Source: Octopus vulgaris (taxonomy: Eukaryota). From it: a DNA stretch of 64,000 bases. How positions within the stretch are numbered: position 1 is the first letter of the stretch; each line of letters starts with the position of its first letter. Of the stretch, positions 12,688 to 25,753 are shown piece after piece. Under the pieces are notes generated by a model. That model worked only from the letters and a program-made list of their open reading frames with translations, made no database searches and was not told the origin of the DNA. The DNA lies in assembly GCA_951406725.2 (NCBI GenBank), contig OX597817.1, forward strand, positions 49,538,001 through 49,602,000, written 5' to 3'. The translations under genes and the position numbers were made by a program.

Positions 12688-13197
12688 TTATAATTAAGGG
12701 CTAAAGAAGGTTATTCTAAAGCCAATGCACTGATTTATCCACTTATAATCCACTTGTTACAGGAAAATTGAACTGAAAGCGGGCAACTAACCTTTAGAAA
12801 ATTTAAATTTCGTTATCTCTATATTGAATCAATTTCGGAATTAATCCCTATAAAGGATACATTCTTCTTCAGTAGAGCTTACGAGGGAATATAAATAAAA
12901 TACTCACATGTGATCATGGAAAAAGCAGAAGCTAAAAACACAACTACATTTAAGTACATCATTTATATCTAAAAATAAAAATTCCTTGGTCAGTCTCAGA
13001 ACAACGTGTTGACCTATCGCCGCTACATATTGTAATGGTTACCGGTCCCCTTGTAACAAGCAGTGAGTTTACTACTAACAATATAGGATGAAGTCCCTTT
13101 CTCTACAGAAAAGGATTCCATCAAAAAGCGTGGCTGTATATTAAAAAAACCTTTACGGTTGAAGTATAAACATCTTATAATTAAGGGCTAAAGAAGG
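12688..13197 (-). mobile_element. 487-bp retrozyme/Penelope-like monomer with 23-bp terminal redundancy
   Basis: TTATAATTAAGGGCTAAAGAAGG at 12688-12710 and 13175-13197; hammerhead inside; (TA)n on both sides. Confidence 0.7.
12817..12877 (-). ncRNA. Type I hammerhead ribozyme motif (canonical core)
   Basis: Reverse: CTCTA-CTGAAGA-AGAAT..ATTCC-GAAA-TTGATTCAA-TA-TAGAG; 5-bp stem I, near-palindromic stem III, AUA triplet. Confidence 0.8.
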
Positions 13198-13236
13198 GCT
13201 ATATATTTTATATATATATATAGCCCTAATTAAGGG

Positions 13237-13294
<58 letters not shown>

Positions 13295-13434
13295 CTGTAA
13301 CTTAGCGGTTCGGCGAAAAAAACTGATAGAATAAGTATCAGGTTTCCTAAGAATAAGTCCAGGCGTTGATTTCTTCGGTTCAAAGGCTGCTACTCCAGCA
13401 TGGTCCCAGTCAAACGACCGAAACAAGAAAAAGA

Positions 13435-13517
<83 letters not shown>

Positions 13518-13551
13518 TGTGTATATATGTGTGTGTGTGTACATATATATA

Positions 13552-13617
<66 letters not shown>

Positions 13618-14290
13618 AAGAAATACGTATATATATGTATGTATATACACACAAACACAAACACACACACACATATATATATACTCGCGTATACATATAA
13701 AAAAATGCACGCACACACACACCCATAACACATATTAGTGACGGAGAAGGATAGAGAGAGGGAGGGGTGAGAGAGGAAGCGAAAATGTGTCGACTATACA
13801 TGTTTTAGCTATTACAGCCTTAGAACATTACGTCAGACAGAAAGTTATGCAGTAATGGCACTTGACTGTAAAAGAAGAGTTGAACTTTTAAGGGCGGTAG
13901 AGAACTGTGACAATCTCCGCGTCATGTATCTTTTGTGAGAAGTACAGTAATAATGGCGATTATGTATAACATTTTAGAACCAAAAAAAAATATTCGTGTT
14001 CTTTCTTTCGTTCTGGAAAATCTTTTTCATTCACTATTAAACAGGAATTATACATTTGAAAAAGATTTAAAAGTGCGCATGCACGAACTACGATGCAATA
14101 GAATGTATACTATAATTTTTTGGGGTTTTTTTTTTTTTTTTGCCCTTTTACATATTCCAGCCGTTTGGCTTCGCCTGTGCTGGGGCTCCGCTTTGAATAC
14201 CCTCGCATTTATTTTAAACCTGGTAATTATTATTCTATCATATTATTTTAAAAACAATGTTACAACTATGAGGTAAACAAACCTACACCG

Positions 14291-14501
14291 TTTACTCTTT
14301 TACTTGTTTCAGTCATTTGACTTGCGGCTATGCTGGAGCACCGCCTTTAGTCGAGCAAATCGACCCTCAGAACTTATTCTTTGTAAGCCTAGTACTTATT
14401 CTATGGGTCTGTTTTGCTGAACCGTTAAGTTACGGGGACGTAAACACACCAGTATCGGTTGTCAAGCGATATTGGTGGGACAAACACAGACACAAACATA
14501 T

Positions 14502-14520
<19 letters not shown>
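14291..14520 (-). mobile_element. SINE family A, 3' half
   Basis: Reverse complement of family A 3' consensus. Confidence 0.85.
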
Positions 14521-14561
<41 letters not shown>

Positions 14562-14855
14562 GAAGAATTGATTCGGAGAATCAGGGAGTGCTCATGGTAT
14601 GCCTGCATGTATATTTGTATTCATGTATGTATATAATGTGTATATGAAGTGTATATACGAATCAGTGTTAATAGTATAACCGAAAGTAAACTACAAAACA
14701 GCTGTAACCATCCTGGACTAAATTTTATTTTATCCCTCACTTCACTTGGAGTTTTAGTGATTATATCTTTGTAGGAATGTGTGTTTGTTTCTTTCTTTGT
14801 TTGCTTGTGTATGTGTGTGTGTTTGTCTGTGCTTCACTGCTTATCAAGCGTAAGT

Positions 14856-15018
14856 AGGAGCAAGAGTGACTGTGTAGTAAGAAGCTTGCTTCCCAACCAC
14901 ATGGTTCTGGGTTCAGTCCCACTGCGTGGCACCTTGGACAAGTGTCTTCTACTATAACCTCGGGCCGACCAAAGCCTTGTGAGTGGATTTGGTAGACGGA
15001 AACTGAAAGAAGCCTGGC

Positions 15019-15061
<43 letters not shown>

Positions 15062-15305
15062 TCTCTGCGTGTGTATATGTGTGTGTATCTGTTCCCCCCA
15101 GTCACCCCTTGACAACCTGTGTGGGTGTGTTCACGTCTCCGTTAGCTAGCAGTTCAACAAAAACGACTGATAGAATAAGTACCAGGCTTTATTAAAAGAA
15201 ACCCTAATATTAGGTTCGATTCATTCGACTGAAAACTTTTCAAGGCGGTGCTCCAGCACGGCCGCAGTCGAACGACTGAACCAAGTAAAAGAATAAAAGA
15301 ACAAA
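14856..15305 (+). mobile_element. SINE family A
   Basis: Head, (TA)n centre, 3' half. Confidence 0.85.
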
Positions 15306-15616
15306 GGAATACACACACACACACACATACACATACCTATGTTCACTAGTATTGTCATAGAAAAGGAAGGTTTTTTTACAACTGTACATGGAAGGCATTA
15401 GAAATTTCCTGCAGTGTAAGATCAGTAATCGTATCGTTTCACGGGGTTACTGTCATTATCAAGTAAGATCACATGCATTAAAACAGCTGAGAACCTGAGC
15501 TACGTTTATCGTTGTTGAGCTCAAAGTGAACTCTGATCGGACTGATAACTTTATGAATAGGCTTAAGATTTCAAACTGGAGGCCTTCGTTGGGTTTAGAA
15601 AGGAAATGTATGCATA

Positions 15617-15820
15617 GGCGTAGGAGTGGCTATGTGGTAAGAAGTTTGCGTAGGAGTGGCTATGTGGTAAGAAGTCCCGACCACATGGTTTCGTGTTCAA
15701 ACCCACTACGTGGCACCTTGGGCAAGTGTTTTCTGCTGTAGCCTCAGGCCGACCAAATCCTTGTGAGTGAATTTGGTAAACAGAAACTGAGAGAAGCCCG
15801 TTATATATATATATGTGTGT

Positions 15821-15859
<39 letters not shown>

Positions 15860-16050
15860 TGTGTTTGTCTCCCCACCATCGTGTGGCAACCGATGTTGGT
15901 ATGTTTACATCCCCGTAACTTAACGGTTCGTCAAAAGAGACGGATAGGATAAGTACTAGGCTTACAAAGAATAAGTCCTGGGGTTGATTTATTCGAATAA
16001 AAGTGGTGCTCCAGCATGGCCGCAGTCAAACGACTGAAATAAATAAACGA
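15617..16050 (+). mobile_element. SINE family A with duplicated 5' end
   Basis: GCGTAGGAGTGGCTATGTGGTAAGAAGT occurs twice in tandem. Confidence 0.85.
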
Positions 16051-16062
16051 AAAGAACACAAT

Positions 16063-16895
16063 AGGCGCAGGCATGGCCGTGAGGTTAAGAAGTTAGCTTT
16101 GCAATCATGCTGTTTCAAGTTCAGTCCTACAGCAAGGTACCTTAGGCAAGTGTCTTCTACTAAAGTCCGGGCCGATCAAAAGCAGCGGACGAGCAGAATC
16201 GTTAACACGTTAGACAAAATGTTTGGCAGCATTTTCCCTGGCGTTTTATGCTCCGAAGTCAATTTTACCTTCTGTCTTTGCGTAGTCTATAAAATAAATA
16301 CCAGTTAAGGACAGAGGTCAATGTACTCAATTAAACTCCTCCCTAGAAAATTACTGGCCTTGTGCCAACATTTGAAACAATTATCTGATACAAGCTTCTC
16401 AAAGATACCATGTCGCGCAAAGGCTCTTGTGTTATTGCAGAAGACTGAACAGTGGTTATAGCATTTCACAAGATAATGTCCATGTCATTGTCTGCTTTCA
16501 TGCATTAAAAACAACCACTTTATGGGACGAGTATAAAGCAATTTCATTACGGTGTAAAAATTTCTTCAAGTTTCGAATTCCAAATGTCTTGTGAGTGAAT
16601 TAGATAAACGGAAACAGTGCGGAAGACAGCCTTGTGTGTGCGTGTGTGAGCGAGTGTATGTGTGAATATGTACGGGTATGTTTTTGTTTTTGTGCTCCGT
16701 CACCGATTTACAACTGGTGTTGTTTTGTTTACGTCCCTGTAAATCTGTGGCTCAGCAGAAAAGAGGCCAGCAGAATAATAAAATAAATACCAGACTTCAA
16801 AAAATGAGCCCCGGGGACGATCTGTTCGACTAAAACCCTTTTATGGTGGTGGCCCAGCATGGTCGCAATCCAGTGACTGAAGTAAAAGATAAAAG
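16063..16895 (+). mobile_element. Older SINE family A interrupted by a roughly 400-bp insertion
   Basis: Head 16063-16180; resumes TGTCTTGTGAGTGAATT at 16584. Confidence 0.65.
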
Positions 16896-16999
16896 ACATC
16901 TATTCGGAGATTTAGGATCGATTAGGATTTTTCGTCAGTGCAGGGGACCACTGCCGGAATTTGGGAGATTTCACGGGATTATATGTATCTATTATCTTA

Positions 17000-17392
17000 C
17001 TAGCAGTATCGCCCGGCGTTGCTCGGGTTTGTTTCGACCCTTTAGAATTGGAATTTTTGAAAAGTAAAAATTTTGCATTATATAGCTTGTTATTCTCTTT
17101 AAGTGAACATTTTTCTGGTTGAAATACACCGAAGAATGGCGGCACAGCAGTAAAAAAAATCGTTAAAAATAGGGATTTTCATACAAAAAAAGCACCTTTT
17201 TGATATAAATAATTTTTGGTCTTAACATTGTCTGATTTTAATTTTATCTGCTACGGAATGAAGAGCAAGCCTTCTTCTATCATACTCTCAATTTTGGTCA
17301 ACTTGCGCCGCAGGGTCTCGGAGGAGATAGTGTTAGTTGAAGGCTACCAACCCTGCCATACACAGACAACTTCAGCTTTATATATAGAGAGA
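17000..17392 (-). mobile_element. Non-autonomous Helitron
   Basis: TC start, CCCGAGCAACGCCGGG hairpin, CTAG end, A|T target. Confidence 0.8.
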
Positions 17393-17716
17393 TTGAATTG
17401 CATGTGTTAAAACGAATACGCAGTATTTATTCATAGTTGAGCTGAATGTGAACTCTGATCTTACAAATAACTTAATGAATAGGCTTAAAATTCTCATTAA
17501 AAATAGGAATACTGGACAAGTCTTCTTATCTAGTTGTTGTCATGGAGATAGTTCAACAACAAATATCGTGATTCTATTTTTGTGACGTCCATCAACAATC
17601 CGTTTGGTCAAATCATTGGATTTACGTATGTCGTGGCCTGAACGTTGTATGCTAATAATTTACTGCTTGAGAAACTTAACTAATTCATAATATTGATGAC
17701 TGTTACGTAAAACGCG

Positions 17717-18019
17717 TGTGGAGGCACATGGGCGAGTGGTTAGAGCAGCGGACTCGCGGTCGAAGGATCGCGGGTTCGAATCTCAGACCGGGTGATGTGT
17801 GTTTATGGGGCTACACACAGAGGGGACGAACAAGGACAGACAAACGGATTAAGTCGATTACATCGACCCTAGTGCATAACTGGTACTTAATTTATCGACC
17901 CCGAAAGGATGAAAGGCAAAGTCAACCTCGGCGGAATTTAAACTCAGAACGTAACGGCATACGAAATACGGCTACGCATTTCGTCCGGCGTGCTAACGAT
18001 TCTGCCAGCTCGCCGCCTT
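17717..18019. mobile_element. SINE C head (+) fused to SINE B (-)
   Basis: 17717-17806 C-type head; 17808-18019 reverse B. Confidence 0.8.
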
Positions 18020-18769
18020 TAACCTCTGGGTTCAAATATCACCGAGGTCAAATTTACCCCCTGTCCTTGCGTAGTCTATAAAATAAATACCAATTAATAC
18101 CAGTTAAGTACGGAGGTGGATGTACTCAATTAAACTCCTCCCCAGAAAATTACTGTTTCTCAAAGATACCATGTCACGCAAAGGCTCTTGAGTTATTGCA
18201 GAAGTCTAAGCAATGGTTATAATATTTCACAAGATAATGTCCGTGTCGTTGTCTGCTATCATGCATTAAAAACCACTTTAAGGGACGGGTATTAAGCAAT
18301 TTCATTACACTGCAAAAATGTCTTCAAGTTTCGAATTCCAAAGTTTTAAGCCATTTGAGAAGTAGATTTAACATGTTGCATATGAGTCTAAGACAGATTA
18401 AGGTATTATATATACAAGCCTAAGGGTACTTTCAACATCAGTGTGTCATTTATGGGGTGCATATAATGTTTCCTCCAGAAAATGTCGAAATTCTTAGACT
18501 TTTGTCATTAGAAAATTATTTAAGTGGGTGGGTAGTAGAATCGATTGGGTGTCAGACAAAATACCATACTTTTACATACACCCCTTTACGTTCTGAGTTC
18601 AAGTCACACAGAGTTCTACCTTATTTTTCATTTATTCTACAGGTTTTTGAAATAAATAACAGTAATATAGTTCAAATTACATCGATGTGACTAACACTGA
18701 TTTGAACATATTCAAGGGATATATTTATTTGTGCATTTGTGGAAGGCCGAAAAAATCTAATAAAGATCT

Positions 18770-19042
18770 GGGGTTCTCGGACATTACTCTCCCGCGTCCT
18801 AGGATTCATAGGGCCGGTTACCTGCTTTCCATGGCGTACAAGTGATAATAAAATCACAATATTTCCTCCGGGTTAGGACGCCAGTCCGTCATAGGATTGC
18901 TAATCTACAGCTGAGTGGACTGGAGCAGCATCAAACAAAACGTTTTGCTCAATAAAACTGCGTACCACCTGGCCCAGGAATTGAAACTATAATCTTGCGA
19001 TTGTGAGTGCAACACCCTAACCACTAGGCCACGTACCTTGAC
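18770..19042 (-). mobile_element. SINE family D, diverged
   Basis: CAGCTGAGTGGACTGGAGC core on the reverse strand. Confidence 0.65.
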
Positions 19043-19461
19043 ACGTACATTATAAATAAAATCTAAGACACTTTTGAAGCCTACATGACATTTACCAATC
19101 TTATTTGAAATTTATTCTGTGCTATTTCAATCCGGGGATTAATGAAAAGAAGCGGTACTTTTCACGAAATAGTTCGGACAAAATGTCATGGAGGGAGTTG
19201 AGCTTTGAAAGAGGGCGTTGAATTATCTTATTTAAATCTCTTAGATCAAGGCATGTTTGCAATGCACTAGATAGTTTTTTCATGCGAAACAATCAATTTG
19301 GCTCAACAAGTAAGAATATCAATTGTAAAGATAGCTTGCAAAGCATTCAAAAGACCTACTGTCTTTAGTGTCATAAAAGATGTCCGGGTATATTAGACGC
19401 ACACCATTTGTAGTAATGCATATCCAGGAAAAAGTGTTTTGTGCACTAACGCGTGTAATGT

Positions 19462-19835
19462 AAGGTGGCGAGTTGGCAGAAACGTTAGCACGCCGGTCCG
19501 AATACTTATTGGTATTTCATCTGTCTTTACGTTCTGAGTTCAATTTCCGCCGAGGTCGACTTTGCCTTTCAGCCTTTCGAGATCAATAAATTAAGTAGCA
19601 GTTGCATACTGGGGTGGATCTAATCGACTGGCACCCTTCCCCAAAATTTTCGGGCCTTGTACCTAGAGTAGAAAAGAATCGTTAGCACACCGGGCGAAAT
19701 GCTTAGCGGCATTTCGTCTGCCCTTACGTTCTGAGTTCAAATTCCGCCGAGCTTGACTTTGCCTTTCATCCTTTCTGGGTCGACTTACCCTCTTGCCTAA
19801 GATTTCTGACCTTGTGCTAAAATTTGAAGCCAATA
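19462..19835 (+). mobile_element. SINE family B dimer
   Basis: Two tandem B units. Confidence 0.85.
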
Positions 19836-21019
19836 TTTAACGCAACAGCGCGTAAAGGTCCCTGTGCAACATTTTGAGACATTTCATTTTTGAAAAAAAA
19901 AAAGGGTGTATCTTATATGCCTTTAAATCCAGTAATTTGGAATGTTCTCGAGAAGCTGGAACTTGTGGTTCTCTACATGGTGGATGTACAATACAGAAAG
20001 AATAACACCCGGTTCCATTTGGATTGCACAAATTTATTCTTTGTAAGCCTAGTACTTATTCTATCGGGTCTTTTGACGAACCGCTAAGTTACAGGGACGT
20101 AAACACACCAACATCGGTTGTCAGACAATGGTGGGAGAACAAACACAGACACACTGGCTGTGTAGTAAGTAGCTTGTTTACCAACCACATGGTTCCGGGA
20201 TCTGTCCCACTGTGTGGCACCTCGGGCAAGTGTCTTCTAGTATAGTCTCGTGCCGACCAAAGCCTTGTGAGTGGATTTCGTAGACGGAAACTGAAAGAAG
20301 CCCGTCATATATGTGTGTGTGTGTGTGTTCAAAGAAGTCTAGCTTAATAAATATATTTTTAAACACAGAAAGTACAAACTGCCTACTAAGACACCAGTGG
20401 ATAAGAAATATGTCAAGGTCACCAAGTTGATTATTTGTTGTTCTCTTTTTTTTTTTTTGCTCGCAGTGTATATATATATATAATATATATATACACTAAA
20501 CAATTTGATTCAACCCATTTATAAATATGATAAACGTCCAAAAATAAGTGAAGCATGCCTATCACTGAGATCGATAATATGAAAGCCAGTATCAAGTTAT
20601 TGGTTGTAATATCTGTTTTAGTATGCTACATCGATCTGGTGATTCAATTGCAACTAAGTGGACTGGATTTACAATGTGAGCTATTGATAGGTGAGATTTT
20701 TATATCAAGTTTGCGTATTACTGGTGATCGGTTTTGACCTATATAAACACTCATAAAATCACGGGTTATGATAAAGTTTTATTTGGTTTAATACTAACGC
20801 TAGTAATGTTGAAATGATACGATATGGTGCAGCTTTTTGCACACAGGCGTTACGGCACGGCTGACTGGACATTCAAACTGTTTTTGGTGACAGTGCTTTT
20901 TGGCGCTATATGCAAACACGGGCGCGCGCAGAAATATACACATATGAATATAAAGTGAGAGAGAAGGTTGACATAAACACTTTCCCCTCTCCTCATACAC
21001 ACAAAAAGCAAATATGCTC

Positions 21020-21053
<34 letters not shown>

Positions 21054-21056
<3 letters not shown>

Positions 21057-21402
21057 CGTAGGAGTGGCTGTGTGGTAATTAGCTTGCTTACCAACCGGAT
21101 AGGTGTCTTCTACTATAGCCTCGGGTCGATCAAAGCCTTGTGGGTGGATTTGGAAGACGGAAACTGAAAGAAGCCCGTCGTATATATGTATACATATGTG
21201 TGTGTGTCTATGTTTGTGTGTCTGTGTTTGTCCCCCCAACCCGATGATGGTGTGTTTACGTCCCCATAACTTAGCGGTTCGGCAAAAGAGACCGATAGAA
21301 TAAGCACTAGGCTTACAAAGAATAAGTCCTGGGGTCGATTTGCTCGACTAAAGGCGGTACTCCAGCATGGTGACAGTCAAATGACTGAAACAAGTAAAAG
21401 AA
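21054..21402 (+). mobile_element. SINE family A
   Basis: Family A consensus with an internal deletion in the head. Confidence 0.85.
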
Positions 21403-21414
21403 TATATATATATA

Positions 21415-21435
21415 TAGATATATAGAACTATAGAT

Positions 21436-21505
<70 letters not shown>

Positions 21506-21560
21506 GTATGTAGGTAGGTAGGTGGGTAGGTAGGTAGATAGATAGGTAGATATATAGATG

Positions 21561-21597
<37 letters not shown>

Positions 21598-21652
21598 GTA
21601 GGTAGGTAGGTAGGTAGGTAGGTAGGTAGATAGATAGATAGATAGATAGATG

Positions 21653-21717
<65 letters not shown>

Positions 21718-21800
21718 GTAGATATATAGATAGGTAGGTGGGTATGTATGTAGGTAGGTAGGTAGGTAGATAGGTAGGTAGGTAGGTAGGTAGATAGATA
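21415..21800. repeat. (GATA)n/(GGTA)n compound microsatellite
   Basis: Direct inspection. Confidence 0.97.
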
Positions 21801-22507
21801 CAAAGCAAGAGAGAGAAGAGAGGGGGAAAGACAAAGGTGGGAGAGAAACGAGAGAAACATTAAAACGAAACATTAAAATGTCCAATACCAATTAGGTCAG
21901 CGTTGACGCAGCGGCGCTTACGAGACTGTCACAAAACGGTTCTTACCCTAGTATTGTGATCAATAGCAACGTCATTTTCTTTGCTGTTATTATAAGACTC
22001 ATAGACGTATGTAAATTTTGAATTTTGTTCAGACTACAGGCTTGCCATTAGTTTCGTCTTCGATATATCTTCAAAACGACGCTCGTAATCTGTCGATGCT
22101 AATATTACATTTTTTCTTTGTATTGTAGGAAGTAGATGGCGTTATCGAGCACAAGTTGATCGCTTTCGCCTATAAGCTTTTCTTTGATTCAGGCCTTGTT
22201 ATTATAAAAGTTTATTCTGTCTCGAATCGCTTTATCTACGTTATGATATTTGAGAACCATTGATCAGAAGACAGTTTTCTCACGCCTGACGAAATGGTAC
22301 GTTTTTAATTTTACGATCTGTATATCACACATGAAGCATATATACTGTCGAAAGCCTTCTAAACTGCAGTAATTATCTCGGGAAAGTATTTCTTATTGAT
22401 GTATAGTGTTAAAAACGCATAAATATATCAGCAGTTGGCCAAAATCGCCCAACAGCGGTTGTAGCACTAAACATGGATTTTTGCTTTTCTGAGCCGCATC
22501 AACGGCA

Positions 22508-22885
22508 GTGGAGGCGCAATGGCCCAATGGCTAGGGCAGCGGACTCGCAGTCGGAGGATCGCGGTTTCGATTCCCAGACCTGGCGTTGTGTGTTTATTGA
22601 GCGAAAACACCTAAAGCTCCACGATGCTCCGGCAGGAGGTGGTGGCGACCCCTGTTGTACTCTTTCGCTACAACTTTCTCTCACTCTTTCTTCCTGTTTC
22701 TTGTCCCCAACTTCCTACGCAACAGCTGAGCCTGGATGCGCATTCATCCATCCGCCGATGCTCTCGGTGTCGGGGGTTGACCTGCTTTCTCTTGTGCGAG
22801 TCTTACGAATAGCAAAAACCACCTTTCGGACTTCTCCCATCTTGCGAGCTCTGGGACGAAGACTGTTCGCTTAACAGCATCATCA
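22508..22885 (+). mobile_element. SINE family C with tail 2
   Basis: Homologous to 8636 and 52861. Confidence 0.88.
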
Positions 22886-23296
22886 ACAGCAAGCAATGAC
22901 TCGGTTAAACACCAGTTTAAGTTTCGTGCACATAGACTTAAAAAATCTCAGTGTAATTTTTGTCATCATTTTCAGGAAATGTCATACGATTGTTCGCCTC
23001 TGGCGTTTTCTATATCCGTTTGTGTAATATAGGAGGTTCACTTTTACAGATACTTTTTTTTTTTTGGCCTTTCTGGAATTTCGGAAAATCCTTTAACGCT
23101 TTGTTAAAATAATATTCGTAGCCACTTTCACATAGCTATCTGGTCGAGCAGGCTCTATTGCGATTTTTTAACCCCAAGAGAACATCTCCTCTAGCTGGGT
23201 AACGATGCACAGCTGCAACCGATATAATTGCGAGCAGGGGAGTGAACCCTACCATCTCCTCGCGATGGGACCAGTAGAACTAGTATTTACTATTTC

Positions 23297-23510
23297 TGCG
23301 AGCTGGCAGAAACGTTAGCACGCCATATTTCCTCTGCCGTTACGTTCTAAGTTCAAATTCCGCCGAGGTCGACTTTGCCTTTCATCCTTTCGGGGTCGAT
23401 TAAATAAGTACCAGTTACGCACTGGGGTCGATATAATCGACTTAATCTGTGTGTCTGTCCTTGTTTGTCCCCTCTGTGTTAAGCCCCTTGTGTGTAGTAA
23501 AGAAATAAAT
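23297..23510 (+). mobile_element. SINE family B
   Basis: B consensus; TATTTACT on both flanks. Confidence 0.85.
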
Positions 23511-23926
23511 ATTTACTCTGTTAAAATATTTTCCAGATATCTATCACAAAACCTGATTTCCATTACAAATGAGATTGTGAAATGTCTGTGAACTTCGTAT
23601 TTCCCACAATCACCTTGGAAAAGTCTACTGTAGGTTCTAAAACCTTGTGAATAGCATTTTGCAAGGCCGTGGTTTTCATCACCGGGCCGGGCGGTGGGTT
23701 GTATTCTTAGGCAAAACACTTCAATTCCCGTTGCTCCAGTCCATTAACCCTTAAACGAGTAACTTTGCGACGGTCTTGAAAGTCGTGATTTCGGCCACTT
23801 ATACGCCATGGAAACCAAGTAGCCGGCTCTGTGAGTCCTAGGGTTCGAGTCAATAATGTCCTGGAGGTTGATGATGATGAACTGTATGATATCACGTCAC
23901 AATGATGTTGTTAGAGTGGTTGCAGA

Positions 23927-24136
23927 CTTTACTCTTTACTCTTTTACTTGTTTCAGTCATTTGACTGCGGCCATGCTGGAGCACCGCCTTTAGTCGAGCA
24001 AATCGAGCCCCAGGACTTATTCTTTGGAAGCCTAGTACTTATTCTATCGGTCTCTTTTGTCGAACTGCTAAGTTACGGGGACGTAAACACTCCAGCATCT
24101 GTTGTCAAGTGATGTTGGGGCGGGGGGACAAACACA

Positions 24137-24233
<97 letters not shown>

Positions 24234-24415
24234 TTATACATATACATATATACGACGGGCTTCTTTCAGTTTCTGTCTACCAAATCCACTCACAAGGCTT
24301 TGGTCGGCCCGAGGCTATAGCAGAAGACACTTGCCCAAGGTGCCACGCAGTGGGACTGAACCCGGAACCATGTGGTTGGTAAGCAAGCTACCTACCACAC
24401 AGCTACTCCTGCGCC
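23927..24415 (-). mobile_element. SINE family A, full length, near consensus
   Basis: Reverse starts GGCGCAGGAGTAGCTGTGTGG and ends in (AGTAAAAG)n-like repeats. Confidence 0.92.
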
Positions 24416-25193
24416 TTTAAACATCGGGTGAATATAATTTCACAATTCATTAGGTATACAGCATGTAAGCAAAAATTCAAATCTAAAGTGACAAGTAAGA
24501 AGATAATTCAGATGAATTTGACTTCGGTGGTGATTTGTTATCCTAGTTTTCTGAAGAATGAGTATAGAATATTCCTCAAGCGGCCCATCGTCTTTGGGTT
24601 ACAGTTTATTGAAATGTAAAGTCTGTCGTCTCTGTAAAGTACACCAAAATAAGGCACTGACCTTTACTAAGTCGTGTATTTTCATGGTGACGTCAAAAAC
24701 AGTGGGGCTTATTTAAGTATTCGCTCATCCAAATAAAGTCATTTCAATAAAGAATTATCTTCGGTACAAGCAGAATAATTTTAATGTCAACAAATTGAGC
24801 TATATATATAATTATATATAGTTAATATATTGCTAATAATTTCTCAAAAAAAGTGTTTCTGTAAACTGTTTTTAACATCTTATTATTATCAAAGAATGTA
24901 TATAAGCATTGCAACTTTTGGTGCCCAATATTTAAATGAACTTTTTTATATTTTCCCAAGATTTTTCCTTGTAAACTGTTTTTAACATTTTCTTATTAAT
25001 AACAAAGAATGTATACATGTATTGTAATATTTTGTGACAACCAGTACTTGACACAACAAAACTTTTACATTTTACTCTTAACAACTTTTTTCTAAAAAAA
25101 AAAAAGAAGCCAGTCAAGTGAATAAACATCATCATCATCATGCCTTCTTTCATATATAATTCTACTCGTGCGGTACCTTACAACTTCACTTTG

Positions 25194-25234
<41 letters not shown>

Positions 25235-25753
25235 CAGACACAAACGTACATTCACACACACACACAAACACAAACGCACTCACACACACACTCACGTTCC
25301 TTCTCACACACATAGACAAAAGACCACGTTCACTTCCCAGGCGTACACTACATACATTTTCATAGATATAGACACACATACACACACCCATACACACACG
25401 CACGTACACGCACTCACACGTGCACTTATGCACGTACACAAGTACACATACGCATTTCAATGCACACACGCTCACACACACATCACTTCATTCTTCACTC
25501 CTCTGTCCTATTAATTGATCCATCCTATTTCAAAACAACGAAAACTATATCGCTCGCCGCCATTGCCATCTCCCTCATTACCCCCGCCTTTCCACTTCTC
25601 TCCTCTTGTATAATATTAGGGATCTCATCGCAACATCCACTAACCCTCTCACCATTAACTCCCTTGTTTTGCACCTTTATCCTCCTAGTTTTTATTTTTA
25701 AAATTATTCATTTTTTTTTTGCTTGTTTCAATAATTTGGCTGTGGCTATTGCC

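Larger units (their letters stand above)
12484..13432 (+). mobile_element. SINE family A split by a hammerhead element in its central microsatellite
   Basis: Head at 12484-12645; 3' half resumes at about 13296. Confidence 0.8.
20805..21950. mobile_element. Old TIR-type element (family also at 49228 and 55706), split by SINE A and (GATA)n
   Basis: Shared blocks GGCYGACTGGACA, AGTGCTTTTTGGC, GCGCGCGCA..GAAATATACACAT. Confidence 0.5.

Noticed and set aside
13153-13801. Stacked ORFs rich in YI/HT/CV
   Set aside because: Translations of (TA)n and (CA)n; the same applies at 4675, 21313, 29974, 39581 and 45086
14660-14712. Hammerhead remnant (AAACAGCTGTAA)
   Set aside because: No recognisable CUGANGA core or stem I
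22508-22585. tRNA gene
   Set aside because: A and B boxes are present but there is no acceptor stem, and it runs into a SINE body
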